In this document: piece after piece, positions 26,770-41,430 of the stretch | How the letters are laid out: every line of letters begins with the position of its first letter | How positions within the stretch are numbered: the stretch's first letter is position 1 | Assembly (NCBI GenBank): GCA_012295275.1 | Contig: CM022665.1 | Location: 18,662,001 to 18,726,000 of the forward strand | From: Chrysomallon squamiferum | Lineage: Eukaryota; Animalia; Mollusca | Direction: 5' to 3' | Length of the DNA: 64,000 bases | Made by a program: the position numbers and the translations under genes | Notes under the pieces: generated by a model | What the model saw: the letters and a program-made list of their open reading frames with translations, nothing else | What the model was told of the DNA's origin: nothing | Database searches by the model: none

Positions 26770-27380
26770 CACACACACGCACAGAGAGACATATACACAC
26801 TCTATTTATTATCATTCTAGGAATTGTTACATATTTCATCATCCAGAATATATATAAACTTACAATAGAAAGCATAGGTTTGTTTATAAACAGAGAAAGA
26901 AAACCACACAGTGGCTTTTGGCAAATCCGACATGAACAACTGGTTGGAACTGGATAGATCTTATGACACTGGTCATGAACTGAGAACAGCATTAGGACTT
27001 GAGCAATAAATAGGATTTGGTGACACATAGAGAATATTATCCATTTTACGTATTAAAAAGAAGTGGGTGTTTTATATGTTTAAATGAAGATGAATCTGGT
27101 TTAATTAGTAAGGCAGATCCATGACAGCTTTGATGACAAGTTAGTCAAAACACTGGATTATCAATTGACACTGAAAGCCAGCATAGCACATTTTATCAGT
27201 CAGCAGATTGTCAATAGAGTGCTGCTGAGTTGACAGTATGTTATGAATTCGTGTATTTTTTAAAGTTCGTTTACTGATCATTGTTATAAATATTTTATTT
27301 TGATTGTTTTGTCTATAAGACACAGATAAGTAGGAAGTTGCCTTTTCTGTGCCTCATTATATACATGTATGCACATATAT

Positions 27381-27466
27381 ACACACACACACACATACAT
27401 ACATACATACACACTACAGGCATGCATGCATACATACATACATACATACATACATACATACACACA

Positions 27467-27534
<68 letters not shown>

Positions 27535-27546
27535 TACATACATACA
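27381..27546. repeat. Compound (CA)n/(CATA)n microsatellite
   Basis: Directly visible. Source of several spurious ORFs in the track. Confidence 0.95.
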
Positions 27547-28434
27547 AATAAGGTTGTCTTGATTGCCATGCTGTGGCTGTACCTTCGAGTCTCATCAGTG
27601 GTATTTGACATTTGTGACATCGTAATTGGACTTTGTAATTGGACTTTGACTTAGTCCTGAATATTGTCTATGTGCAGAGCCTAACCAGATATATATATAA
27701 AATAGAATATTCACACACACACACACACACACAAAACCCACATACAAATACTTAATACAACAGTGACTGCAACTTTCTTAATTTTACAGCTAGCTATAAA
27801 TATATTTATGAAATGTGTTTTGTGAAAGATACATTAAATCTCTCTCTATATCTCCCCCCTCAAAGTACATATTCATTGAAGAGAGTAGGCACTTTTTAAA
27901 AAAGCAATCTTTTAAACTCTAAATTACAAAAACAAAAACAGAAAACAAAACAAAAAAGAAAAAGAAGAAAAAACAACCACTCCTAAAACATACTGATAGC
28001 AGTGATCAGTCTTGGTGACCAAGTAGATCAGTCTTAGCAATTATTCACATATGTATATAAAAGAAACATGACTTACTTTAATTCTAATATTTTGTTAGAG
28101 ATAACATTTATATATTTCTTTCCCAGTCTTTATTTTAATTCTCTCAATTTTAAATAAAGTACATGGCAAGGAAAAGTAATAAAGAACAAAGACAAAAAAA
28201 ACCCTCCAAAAACGTGAAACATTATAGTGACAGACATTAGAATTAAGCAATACAATGATTATGAGAAAACAATGCCAAAGTGTAACTCCAATGTTTCTCC
28301 TGTTGCCAAACACATTAGCAGAGTCTTTGTGTAAGCAGCATTTTTGGCACAGAAAATATACATGAGATTTGAGCAGATGTCTTTGGCAGACGTCTTAAAT
28401 ACCAGTCAGCCTTGATATCAAACAGAATTCGGGT

Positions 28435-28640
28435 TCTTGCCACTTATGACAGTGTTTCACATATATCATGTACAGACAGCTTTATTTAATATCAAGCATA
28501 TACTTTATATTTGCCACTTACGACAATATTTCACATAATTTATGATGTGAAGATAGCTTTATTTAATGTTGAGAAGCATATGCCTTACATTTGCCACTTA
28601 TAACAAAATTTCACATAAAGATATTTTATTTAACAATGAT
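28435..28640. repeat. Degenerate tandem repeat (~75-80-bp period, 3 copies)
   Basis: ttgccactta(t/c)(g/a)aca...tttcacata...ctttatttaat at about 28437, 28511 and 28591. Confidence 0.65.
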
Positions 28641-30007
28641 ATACCTCATACTTGTCACATAACCAATAATCATATAACTTGAACTTGATTCTTAAAAGAC
28701 ATCTTATTCCTGCTGTGTATTACAATGGTCTACATATGATACAAAGATATCTTGAACTTAATATCAGAGATACAACATAATACCAATCATATCTTACAAA
28801 GATATCTTCCTGAAGCTGATATCTTATGTTGTTATTCATACATGATATAAAAATATCTTTAAATTAATATGAAATGGCTATATTGTACATATGGTTTACA
28901 ACAGCATTCCAATATGATGTGAAGATACCAGATAGGAATCTTGTTTCTATTATATTGCAGCACCTTATGATTAATATCAAGCTAGATATTATATGTAATA
29001 TAGAATGGACATTAGTTTAGGTAGGAGTCTTGCACTGAATATCAGGCAGGCATTTTAAAGCTGAATATAATACAGGCATCTCATACTTTATACTAAGTAC
29101 AAATTATATTCTTGGCATTTTGATTTTATACTTAATATCAGGCAGAAACTTTATTAATGTTTGTAGAAATTTTAATTTCATTCTTACACAGATGAAAGGA
29201 AGATTTCTCAAGTCATTTAGGAAAAAAGCCTTCTTCTGACATTTAAATAAAAACCTCTTTATAACTCTGAATTGACAAACCACAACACATCTATTCTGAT
29301 AATGAAGAGTTCATCCAGCCAGTAAGAACTTCTTAGAGATTTGATTTACTGCAGTATTTGTGTTTGGCAGTTCCAATTTGGTATTAATATTTTGTAATTA
29401 GAAACTTAAGCCCAAGATTTGACATTTCTGTTTGTCTCCCAAAACCTCAGAGCAGCATGAAGTAAAACACAAAAGAAAAGATTATCCTACAGAAGACAGT
29501 ATCATATTCAGATGGCTTGAATTCAAATACCGCTTCTTAATTGGAAATTGTTAAAATAATATGTTACTGTTTGGATTATTTAATAAGTCTTATTGTTGTT
29601 GAATATTTAGTAAGGATGTTGTTGATTATTTTAATACGGCTGTTAATGTTGTTGTTGATTATGGTGGTTATTTAATAATGATGCTGCTGATGATGTTAAT
29701 TATTTATTAAGGTGGTGTTATTAATTTTGTTAATTATTTAATGATGATGTTATTTTGTTGTTGTTGTTATTGCTCTTACGTGTATTCATTATATTTTATT
29801 ACATGAACAGGTTAAAGCAGATGTGTCCTGGTCTTATTATTCAGGAGCTTTATTTCCTCATTCCAGACAGTGTTAGGATGTTTGAGGTTGGTTAAAAAAA
29901 GTTGAAGGATATGGCAGCGTAGATGGGTTTTTTAATTAGCAATGGGTATAATCTGGTAATAGTATTTGATCATGGTATTTTTTTTTTTTTAAATAATTAT
30001 TGATAGG

Positions 30008-30009
<2 letters not shown>

Positions 30010-30070
<61 letters not shown>
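30010..30070. repeat. (CT)n microsatellite
   Basis: Directly visible. Confidence 0.95.
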
Positions 30071-30074
<4 letters not shown>

Positions 30075-30299
30075 GTGTGTGTGGGGAATGTATACATATC
30101 GAGCAAAAATGAAAATAAGTTTCTGGGAAGCCTGTCAAGTTGGCAAATGATGAAAATGGCATCTTCTGATCTAGATCTGTGTTCCTAATACCCAATCCTC
30201 TAATTGTAGAAAATATTTTGTCATCTTGGCAGGATGGTGTGAAGCACACAGAGTGCAACTGATTAGCTTTGTACTGTTATACACAGTTTGTACAGTGTT

Positions 30300-30690
30300 G
30301 CAACTCATGGCTTGAGGCATGACAGATCACAGGGTCAGTTCTCCTTAGTGGATCCACAGATCTAATTCCCATTTTACCCTGTATTATGAAACAGTATCTA
30401 CTGTCCTGTTGTTAATTAAATGATAGTATAAACTCCTGTTTGTGGGAAGGTACATATAAAAGATTATTTTCTGCTAAATGCTAAGTGTAGCAGGTTTCTT
30501 TAATCATAATTATCCAAGACATTTATGACTAGTACCTCATAATCATTAATAATAAGATATGCTGTCTGTGAAATATTTCTGTCAAATGTTTTATAATTTA
30601 GCTCTTTAGTGTTACTATTACACATGTATTTTATATCAGCAACTGTTTTAAAACATGCTGAGGTATCATTAAATGAATATTAATTTATTC
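30300..30690 (+). mobile_element. Decayed SINE copy (family with core ..cctgtctgtgggaaggtgcatataaaagatcccttgctgcta..)
   Basis: Core ctcctgtttgtgggaaggtacatataaaagattattttctgctaaatg and tail gctgaggtatcattaaat are shared with other copies in the window. Boundaries approximate. Confidence 0.55.
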
Positions 30691-30992
30691 ACTTCATTTG
30701 CATTTGTATTTGACAGAAAAAAAAAAATATATATATAAATTTAAATTTTAAAATTAATAGAAAAATCTTTGATAACAAGGTTTACATGGTTTTGCACCAC
30801 GTGAACTAATGATAAATATTTATAAAAATTTATAATCCTCTGTACAAAATATGTATGTAAATGTATATTATGGAAAACATAAAATTTAATAGGTAAATGT
30901 ATGATTACATAATTTATGTGATTATGCACCATGTGAACTGTTATTAAGTATTTGACTGATATTATTTAACTGTATAAAATGTGTTTCTTTTC

Positions 30993-31046
<54 letters not shown>

Positions 31047-34000
31047 ACATTACCATTTGTTATCTACTTATAGAAAAGTTTGTTTTGTGGATTTTGTTAC
31101 TTTTATTTTATTTTATTTTTTTAAATTTTTTTTAATAAACCAAATAACATTCACTGTATAAAAAAGTTGCATGATCTAAATAAGATGCTGAATCTTTTTC
31201 ATTATTATTTCACCTTTACAAATATATATATGGACACATACAGGTAAATATCTCTTTCAGATTCAATCGTTTCATTTAGTACGGATATTTAATTTCTTTT
31301 CCAAAGATAATTTTTTAAACAGCAGATGAATAATGAAAAAAAATAACTGGAAAATTCCAAGACTTAATTTCAGTATTTATTTATCTGACTTCATACAGCA
31401 GTTTTGTAATTAATAATAATGTAACAACAGTAATAATAACACCAGCATAATAATAATGATAATGATAATAATAATAATAAAATATAAAATAATAATAATA
31501 AAAGTCTTAAAAAGGGACAGAAGTTAATCCAGCTACACTGCTGTTGACCCCTCTTAGTGTTGAAGATTGGCTGTGATCCAACTCACTGAGGCAGTTTTGG
31601 GACTATTGAAATTTTCTCTGTGACAGTTTATTCAAATGGTCACCTGTCGTTGGTTTATCAAAACTGGCAGATTATTTATGTCCACTGTTACTCAGCTGGA
31701 GTCATTATCTCTGCAGTTACAGTGTAAACATCACACAAAGACTTCTGTTCCTGGTCACAGTCACATCACACGTACTGTAGTACTTCACATAAACACGCAT
31801 ATAGTGTTTCTTGTAGGTGTGTACCTATCACTTCTTTAGTAATAACAGCCTGTAGTTCCAAAACATTTAAAGGAGACCGTAATGTGTGTTCATGTTTGTA
31901 AGAATTTAGTTGGGTGACTGCATATTCTCCATTGTCAGTAACAGTCTGCAGAATGAAACCTCATTTCCCCTTTTGGGCCATCTCCCATTCCAGTCATTGC
32001 TCTATGTCTGATGCATCAAAGATGGTGGTGTGTATATTTTCATACTGGAATGTGCATGCAAAAGGTCTCTTTCTGCTAATTGATAATGGTAACAGAGTAT
32101 GGTGGCAGCTGGTTATATTATTATACACCATTTACAGAAACATGAGATGGATGCACATATTGCAATATTATATGTTAAGCTTCATTAAACTTTCATTTGT
32201 TCATGATATTATATTACACCTAATACATTTGCTCTCTGTGTGTGTATGTGTGTATGTGTGTGTTTATGTGTGAGTGTGAGTGTGTGTGTGTATGCGTGTG
32301 TATGTGTGTGTATTTTTTTTTCTTTTGAAATATAATTTAAAATACTGGTAAAAGCTACTAAACAGAGTATTGTCTTAATGTTGTAGCAGGATTTGTTGTA
32401 TCTCCGTGATAGAGAACTGTTAAGTTGTATGATTGGACTGATTCTCTCACCATCCAGTCTTTAATGTTCAGTTTTTAAAGAGTTTGTGTTTCCCGATCTG
32501 TGAGAAGGCTTACATAAAAGATTCTTTGCTGAATTGCTAATTGTGTTTCAGCAGCAGCATTACTCTCTCAGTGTTTGATCCATGTCACTGCACATGTAAG
32601 GTGACATGGTGTGGGAATATTGAGGTAAAAAATCTTTGTGTTTAGAATTTATTATTATTATTATTATTATTATTTTAAATTGATTTATTGTGTTCTGTTG
32701 TGAATGAGAGATCTAATAATCAGTGAAAAAGTTGTGGATTTAAGTTTGTAATACAGGTTTGATGTAGATTCTGGAAACAGGATTTTAATATTGATTTATT
32801 TGTTTTGGTTGTGCTATGGATACAAGGTTTTCATGTCTAGCATAAAACTGATGTATTGTAAATAGTTCAGGATGTAAGGATCTGGTGTCTGATATTAGTT
32901 TCATGTATTGTAAATAGGTTCCAGGTACACATTTTTTATGTCTAGCTTAAGGTTAATATGTTAATAAAGTTTTAAGATCTAATAAAGGTATTTGTGTTAC
33001 AAATTCAAGACCAGATGTCTAGTGAAAAGTCAGTATGTTGTGGATATATTCTGGGTACAAAATTTTGACATCTGGTACAAGTGACAACTGATACAAGTGT
33101 TTGATGGCGTAAGTCAACATTGATACATTTTAAACAAAAGATTTGCACAAAGTTTGATGGATCTAGCACTTGGTGGGTAGTGAGACAGGATGCTATGTGT
33201 CTTTCTCACAGTAGACTACTAACTGGTAACTTCATACTGTGTTTGGCTGTTTGGACAACACTGTATGTTTAAATATTAGTTAGATAAACACAGGGTATTC
33301 TCACTGCTCCATGACAGTAATGAGATGCTCAGTGACTAACTGCATAACTGTTCTCATCATGTTGTGCTTATATGAATGATTATTGTTTCTTAGTAATAAT
33401 AACAGTATACTGAAATAATGACAACAATAACAGTAACATATTAAAAGATAAGAGTACTAAGTAGGCCTAAAGATAGTAATAGTGATAATAAATAAATAAA
33501 TAATAAGAAGTGTTACATACATGTGTACATTAAAAATGCTAAATAGCATTCAGCTTTTTCTAAATGTTTTCTTTGTTTGCATACAGGAAAAATTTAAATG
33601 AATGGATGTCTGTAGATAGTAATTAATCAAACCATTACATGTCATCAATTTAAAATAAGATTCTCACAGCTGCTGTGGAACCTGCTTTAACATGCTGTGT
33701 ACAGTTATCACCTTAAAAACACAACACCCATCTCAGGGTGATATATAATCTCAGTTTGTTCTAAGTATCTAGTTATTTGGCATTTTATGTCATGTCATAT
33801 TCAGTTGTATGCTGACAGTAATTATTATTTATTTTTATTTTTATTTTAATCACTTATCAAACTAGTTTTCAGACTAGAAGAATCAGTTGACTTTGGGTTT
33901 TTAATCATTTCACTAGACACTTATATCCAGTATCTGAAATTAGCTGATAGTTATGTTTTATATGTATCTTTCTGTGCATGGTAAAGCATTTACTATTGTT

Positions 34001-36346
34001 AAAAAAAAAAAATTAGTCAACAATAGTCTTTCTCTAATACTGTTCATATTTACAATTACTAATTTTCTGCCCACTGCATATGGACTAACATAGTAAATAT
34101 CAAATTACGAATGTGTAATTACAAATAAATGAGTAATAACTGTTTATGTTTAATTTTCTGTATCAGTCATGGTTATTATCATTATGTAAACTCAGGCAAC
34201 TGACCACGGTGTACATTTACAATGTCCTGGAATCTGACGTCTTTCATGCACGCACGCACACACTAAATAAACAAAAATAAAGAAATTTGAAGTATGGAAA
34301 TATGGTCACCTGAAAAACTTTTTAAGATGGATGGCTGTTACATGATATAATGACCCTGACATTCATGAAATTCAAATGTTGTATCATTTACTTGAGTACA
34401 GTTTACTGTAATTCATGCTAAGAGGCTGGCTAACATAATAAGTCAGTAATTTAAATAATTTTTTATAAGATAATTCTCTTTCAGACCAGCTTTTTTCATG
34501 GATATCAGATTAAACACAAATAGTTGAAAAAGAGTAGAAAATATGCATATTATGTGCATTTTGGGTTAACAGACATTGGAAAAGTAATTTTAATTTTTTT
34601 TTTTTTTTTTGTTAAATTTCTTTTAAATCTATATATATTTATTTAACTCTGTCAGATTATTAACAGATATTGGAAAAGCAATTTTTTAAAACAAGAAATG
34701 TTTTGTATTTTACTGCTTTTTTTAGTGTATGATTATATATATTTGTACTAAAGTTAACTTCCGGCCCATATGTTGTGAAGTGTGATGAATATAACATGGA
34801 GGATAGAATCATGACACTGATGTTTGTTTGCATGGATTGTTGCCATTGCTTTCCCATGAAGTCTGAAGAACTAACCATCTGTGTGGGTCTACAGGTTACA
34901 TATCTGACCCACAGACATTACAGCAGTGTGATTTTATCAGTGATTCACAAAGACTGAAAATAAAAGTGGTAGAAAGAAACGTGGAACTTGTAATTTTTTT
35001 ATTCTTCAGAATTTATTTATTTTTATTATTATTATTTTTTTATATCTGGCTAGTTCTAAATTGCCAATAAAAAGCCTTAATAATTTAAGGATTATTTTAG
35101 TGTAAAATTACATTAAATTTAGCATATATATAATAGGTTAATGCATTATATATATATAAAAATATATGCAGAAGTAAATATAATAATATTTTGAAAATAT
35201 ATTTAATTTAGCTTTCAGTAATTGAGAAAATTAACTGAACTTTTAAAAAAGAAATTAAATATAATATATAATAATTATCAATAAAATACTTTTTAGGATC
35301 AGTAAATATAGTACTAAATTATAATTTGTAAAAATTTAAAAAATAAATTTAATATAGCTTCAGACAGAATATTTTCTTTTTGTACTGCTCAGTGTAACTG
35401 TAGCACTCATTTAACCAGGGATTCACATTACAGGATACACATATGTACATGTTAGTTTTAGTAAACTGCTGTTCTCATCATCAAATTACAAGTAGCGTGT
35501 ATTTCCACTAACTGAATGTATATAGATTAACAATTGTTTCAGTGTTTCCATTTCTGCTAGAAATCTATAATGTACTGCTTTCGGTCCTAAATAAATGTGG
35601 ATTGAGATCTTTAAGTGGATCCATATTGGTTTTGTATTGTATTTTACAGCCAGTGATAGTCAATATATATTCCTGGAAGGTAATTTGATGAGAAAAACAC
35701 TGTATCCTCCTAATTTATTTTTCTTTTTTGTAACAATTAGAACTCTTTTTCTGAACTTAATCCCCTATCAATTTTTTATTGTAAATTTGTAAATCTATAA
35801 AATGCTATATGGAAGAATATTTTTCGTTTTGTGTTTCAAAGGAATTTATAAAATTTATTTTTATATAATATAAACAAGAGATTGATAGATAATTTGGTGT
35901 TATTAAAAATGCTATTTCTGACCAATTTTTATGCCAGCAGTAGCAAAATGTGACAGGTTTAAAATCAATAACAGAAATTATGCAGTTTGAATGTTCTTTT
36001 TAAACTGTTGAATTCTAGCTCTGAATTTAATTAGAAAAAAATAAAACCCCACACAAATAAAACTGAAATTCAATCTACCTCTCCAAAGAAAACAAAAAAG
36101 ACAAAAACAACAATAATTTTGAGTAAAGTTTAGTACTTAACCTGAAATTCAGAACAGGTAGTTGTAGTTTCAGATCACAATTATTATTTTCATTATTTAC
36201 ACCATTTTGAATAACAGACACAGGCTGTCGGAGGTTTGGTTGATTATTACATGTGACATGTTGCTATTTTTGCCTTTTCCATTACTTTTTTTATTTTTCA
36301 TTCTCTATTTTTATTTTTTATTTTTTTTTCTTTTTTTATTTTTATT

Positions 36347-36379
<33 letters not shown>

Positions 36380-37157
36380 TTTTTTTCTCTTTTTTTATTT
36401 TTATTTTTTATTTTCCTCCATCCCAGTGACTCCTAACCTGATTGTTGTGAGAATTTGCTGTAGATACACTATTAGCAGTGTGTTCTGTCTCTCACTGTCT
36501 GCACCCTATCAATTCCCTCAAGATTCATTACTTTGGAATTATATCAGTCTGCATTGATCTGCATGGGTCATTTACATCTTATAGAGATGTTGCCATGTTT
36601 TCACTTGTGCCACTGGTTTTATAAGGCATTTGATTACCATATAGATCTGTGAATCTTTAGAGAATTTCCACCACGGTGGAGCCTTTGTCATGGTAGTTTT
36701 CATTAAACATGAAGTTTTTGTTATTATTCTTTTTCTTTTATTGAGTGTGGGGTTTGAAATACATGATTGTCTACTAAAGTAATAAAACTGTATCTATAGT
36801 AAAGTAATAAGATGTGTGTAAAAGGGAGAGAGAGAGAGAGAAAGAAAAGAAAAAGTAGAGAGAATCTGTTCGTGCAAATTTTATGAGCTAATGGAGCAGA
36901 ATGTTAATATTTTATTTTAGTACTTGTTCCTCAAAACCACTATCATGTTAATGTATTAAATATATATTACAGTCTTTCAAAATAGCAAGCTGAAAGGGTT
37001 TCAGTGCAAAAACATAAAACTTAAGAGTAATATTATCAAATTTCTTTGTGCTTGCTATTATTCTGTTTGTAAACTAAACACACTGTTCAAAGAATGAACA
37101 ACATTTTCTTCTAGTATACATGCAAACAAAATATGAATAAGGCTACTGCTAATACTG

Positions 37158-37158
37158 T

Positions 37159-37192
<34 letters not shown>

Positions 37193-37250
37193 GCTACTAC
37201 TATTACTGCTATTACCACTACTACTACTGCTGCTGCTGCTACTACTACTA
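37158..37250. repeat. (TAC)n/(TGC)n trinucleotide repeat
   Basis: Directly visible. Confidence 0.9.
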
Positions 37251-38324
37251 AAACAAAGACACAGAACTGAGTTATATAAACATGTTATCCTTTGGAGAGA
37301 AAAACAAAACCTATTGTGTTTCTATGTGTGCTCAAGTATTAAACTATGTGGACAATCTGACCAAAGTAATTCCTTGACCAATGCTGGATGCTGGCCATTT
37401 CCTGCCTTAGACCTTTTGCTGACCATGTTTGGTTAGAGATCAGAACTTGTTTGTACAGTCTCAATAGCTGAACCATGATTATTATAAATATTTCAGTGAG
37501 GAGATGATGTAGCATAGGATTATTAGAGATCTAACACAATGAAATAACATACTGCTTATCTTCATATGAATTGCTAAGAATATTTTTTCTGTTACTTCAG
37601 CTGACAATATTTATCATTGTTTTATTATTATTGATTTTACTTTTATTATTTTCTTAAATATAAATTTTTATTTCTTAAGTTGTATTTTTTCTACTGTTAT
37701 ATAAATATAAATATGATAGTAAATATCTTTCATCTATAGGTACGCTTTAATGCAAAAATGTTTGTGCTGCTAATACACTTTTAAGAAGTTTACTTTATTA
37801 TAATTATTTATTTATTTATTTTTATTTATTTTTTTTATTTATTTTTTTGTAGGTGCTTGTTTAATTATAAATAATTCCACTTAAAAATAAACTTAAACCA
37901 ATATTATATATTGTTTTACAATATGTTATGTCATACAAGAAGAAATGTATACAGTAAAAATATCAGATGATCTAAAACCATGGCAACAGTAAGTTATTAT
38001 GATTTTTTATTTTTTTCTGAAAAGTGATGCACCAGGTGAAATTGCAACTACATGAAAGCAGATATTTTTAAAAGGGACACCAGTATAGTTTGAATTTTGC
38101 TTTCTTTTGACTGAGATATGTTGGTTGATGTGAGTAATTAACGACATGAAAAGTAGCCGGTGTTAACTATCAACACTCATTAACTTTGAGGTGACCACAC
38201 TAAAAATGTCACCCAACACTTGAGAACCTTATACATCCACTGAAATATTTACATAGACTGAAATCCTGCTTGAAATACTGCTTGCCTTTAAAACTTTATG
38301 TTTTCTGTTATAAACACTGTGCTC

Positions 38325-38685
38325 TAGGGAAGAGTTAAAGCACTGGCTTCAGGCATGATAGATTTCAGGATCAATCCTCTTTGCAGCACCCAACTAGGTT
38401 ATTTCAATTACCTATTCATACCAGTGCCCCATGATTTATCAGTGCTATAATACTTCCTTAGCAGTTGTCCAGTGATTGATTGTAAAAACCTGTAGTGTGT
38501 GCTTTCCTGTTTATTAGAAGATGCATGCAAATTATTCCTTATCGTTAATAGATAAGAAGCAGTTCTTGAAGTAACAATAATGGGTTACTTTTCTCATGCT
38601 GTTATATAAAAGAAGCACATGTTTAACCTTTCATAACTTAATATTGAAATGTGTTGAGGTATCTTTAAATAAATATTCATTCACT
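38325..38685 (+). mobile_element. Decayed SINE copy, near full length
   Basis: tRNA-like head (gttaaagcact...caggatcaatcct), central ccagtgccccatga...gtgtgctttcctgt...gatgcatgcaaattattcctt, tail gtgttgaggtatctttaaataaatattc. Boundaries approximate. Confidence 0.55.
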
Positions 38686-39188
38686 GATTCAGTTATTCAT
38701 TCCAGTGAAATATTTACTCACACTCTGAAAGCCTCTTTAAACTACTGCTTTCGCTATCCATACGATCAAATTTAGCAGTGCTGTATTTCTCCAGGCCCCA
38801 CTGATTTCAATTGGTTTCATATTGATCTAATATACAAAGCACTTTTTTTCCTTCACATTTGACAGAAATTTAGATAATACTCTATGGTTACAGGGATTTA
38901 TTTGCTTGTTGTGACATGTAGACTTAATGTCACTAATGTTGTTTTCTTATATACAAACTTCACATCATGAGTTTGAAAATATATCAGTTGTTTTTAAACA
39001 TGAATTTGTGGATAGCTTATCATTTACAGATGGTAAACTTGTTTGAATTGTAAATTGCATATACATATGCACACATGCACATAGACATACATAGATACAT
39101 ATACACTTACATACAAATGGTGTTTGTATGTATATATTATAAATTTCATTTTGAAACCAGATAAACCATTAAATCATTTAATTTTACT

Positions 39189-39413
39189 GGTAACATATAT
39201 TTATAAACAGTGTAATATGGTAAGATGTATATTTGGTAATGTGTATTTATAAACAATGTAATACGGTAAGATGTATATTTGGTAATGTGTATTTATAAAC
39301 AATGTAATATGGTAAGATTTATATTTGGTAATATGTATTTATAAACAGTGTAATATGGTAAGATTTATATTTGGTTATGGACATTTATAAATGTGTTATA
39401 TGGCAAGATATAC
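39189..39413. repeat. Minisatellite, 46-bp unit x ~5
   Basis: Unit ggtaatgtgtatttataaacaatgtaatatggtaagatgtatattt starts at 39189, 39235, 39281, 39327 and 39373. Confidence 0.9.
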
Positions 39414-39784
39414 AGTAGCTATTTACTGTATAATGCTATATTTATTTACTTTATGTTTTGGTATTAATAGATAATTGATCAGTAAACTTAACTGGCCTGT
39501 AAAACTGCTATTAACATTGAGGCTAGGATTGTTGTAGATTCCTTTGTTACCTAATTTACATAAAACAGTTGTAACCGTATGTGTCATGAATTACTCATTC
39601 CACAGTGCAGTTTGGTTATTTGCAGTGAACTGTTAAAAAAAAAAAAAAAAAAATTTATTCTTTTTCATTTCTTTGATTTCTAATTTGTGATAAGTAAAAA
39701 TAATAACATGGCATAATGACATTATAACAAATTTGCTTTGTAAAAAAAAAAAAATGTTTTAAAAAATAAATATTTAAATGTTTT

Positions 39785-39823
<39 letters not shown>

Positions 39824-41269
39824 GAATGAAATCTTCTTGAAAGCATATTTGTAACTATACACATTCCTGAAAAGAAAAAGAAAAAGAAAAAAAAAATATA
39901 TACAGACATAGATAGATGTGTTTGTGTGTGTGTGTGTTTGTGTGTTAACAATTCATAGTCTTAAAATGCCAGTCAGTTTGAGTTAATTATGTATTAAAAG
40001 TGGTTGGTTTTGTCTCTGTTGTTTTTCTAGAATAATTGTCTACTGAATCTTGGCAAGTCTGTTTGCTGTGTGTACATGTATATTTGCCAAATACTTGAAA
40101 ATAATGAACAGACTGATTATTGTATGAGAGATGTACAAAATCATTTCTGTCATTTAAAATCTCTTTAGCTTCATGGGATCAGCATGGGAAATGACTGGAA
40201 AATGTTTCATTATTGTAAATTCCACAATTTCCTTTAACACTTAAAAAGTGTTTCATGTGTCATTCTTTTTGTATTGGTTTGAGACTGCTGAAACAATTGT
40301 TGGTTCTTTTATTTCATTCTGTTACATTTGTAAGTTCAGAAGAGCAAAACAAACCAATAAATAAAATAAATGAACAAATGAATATATAATGATAAGTATA
40401 AGAAATAGCATTATCATTTAACAACAAAATAACAACAGCAGCAGCATTAATAAAAGAACAGTGACAGCAGCAGCAACATCACCAGCTTTAACATCAGAAG
40501 AAAACCTAAAAATGATGAAGAAGAAAGCAACAAAAGATTGTTACAACACTGATATTAATCAGTTAGGACTTAGAGCTCCAGTTTCTATCAGAGCAGATTG
40601 ATGAGCTCAAATAGCAGTCTTTGATTTATAAATATTATTTAGGAAATCGGTCTGTATTAGTGCAGCTCACTGACCAGTAATTAAATCTCTGCTTGCAGCA
40701 CTTTTTCTCTCACCAGTCTTCAAAGACTGGTAACACAGAATGCTTGGTAATTGTTACAAGAAATCTTTGACTTTGGGGGATTTGTCACTGAAGTCTGGGA
40801 ACAGGAAAACTAACCACCCTTGAAAATAAGTTTGGGTATTTGCCAAGCTGTATTGATTCTGTAATGCTTACACTTTAGGTGGAATTAATGCCAGTAAATG
40901 TACAGTGTTCATGATCCCATTATAAATGGCCCCCAAGCTATCAATATGAAGTATCTTCAATTTTACATCATTCCATCTTATCTTGCATTGATATGTGTGT
41001 GTTATATTCCACTTGCAGTGTGTTTGATCCATGTCCATCATGTGTATTAACAACTGAAGAATTTGATCTATATACATACAAACAGAAGAAGATAAAATAA
41101 AATTGCAGTGTGTATCCATTAATCATTTTGAGAAGAAATATTTGTTCTTCTCATTATTCTTTTAGTATATATTTAAATCTTTTAAACAAAATAAGACCAT
41201 TTTACACAACAGTATATGTTGTTTTGCTTTGACTACATGATTGGTTCAGTCAGTAGCTGCTTGGTTTTA

Positions 41270-41430
41270 AATAAATAATTCAGTTGATAGAGTGAGGAGT
41301 GTTAGTTTTCAGATCAATCCTCACTGAATTGACTGAACTATTCCCATTTCAGTGTCCCAAAACAAAGGTCATGGTATGTTTTACTTTTTATGAGAAGGTT
41401 GATATACAAGGTATATTTCTGCTCATAAAG
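41270..41430 (+). mobile_element. Partial decayed SINE copy
   Basis: cagatcaatcctcactg...ctattcccatttcagtg...caaaggtcatggtatg...tgagaaggttgatatacaag matches the 5' half of the other copies. Confidence 0.45.

Noticed and set aside
26128-27654. Cluster of ORFs rich in HT/VC/YI repeats
   Set aside because: Translations of (CA)n, (TA)n and (CATA)n microsatellites, with no splice or domain support.
39189-39413. Regular repeat that could be mistaken for a CRISPR array
   Set aside because: Head-to-tail 46-bp units with no unique spacers, no cas genes, and a eukaryotic intron context.
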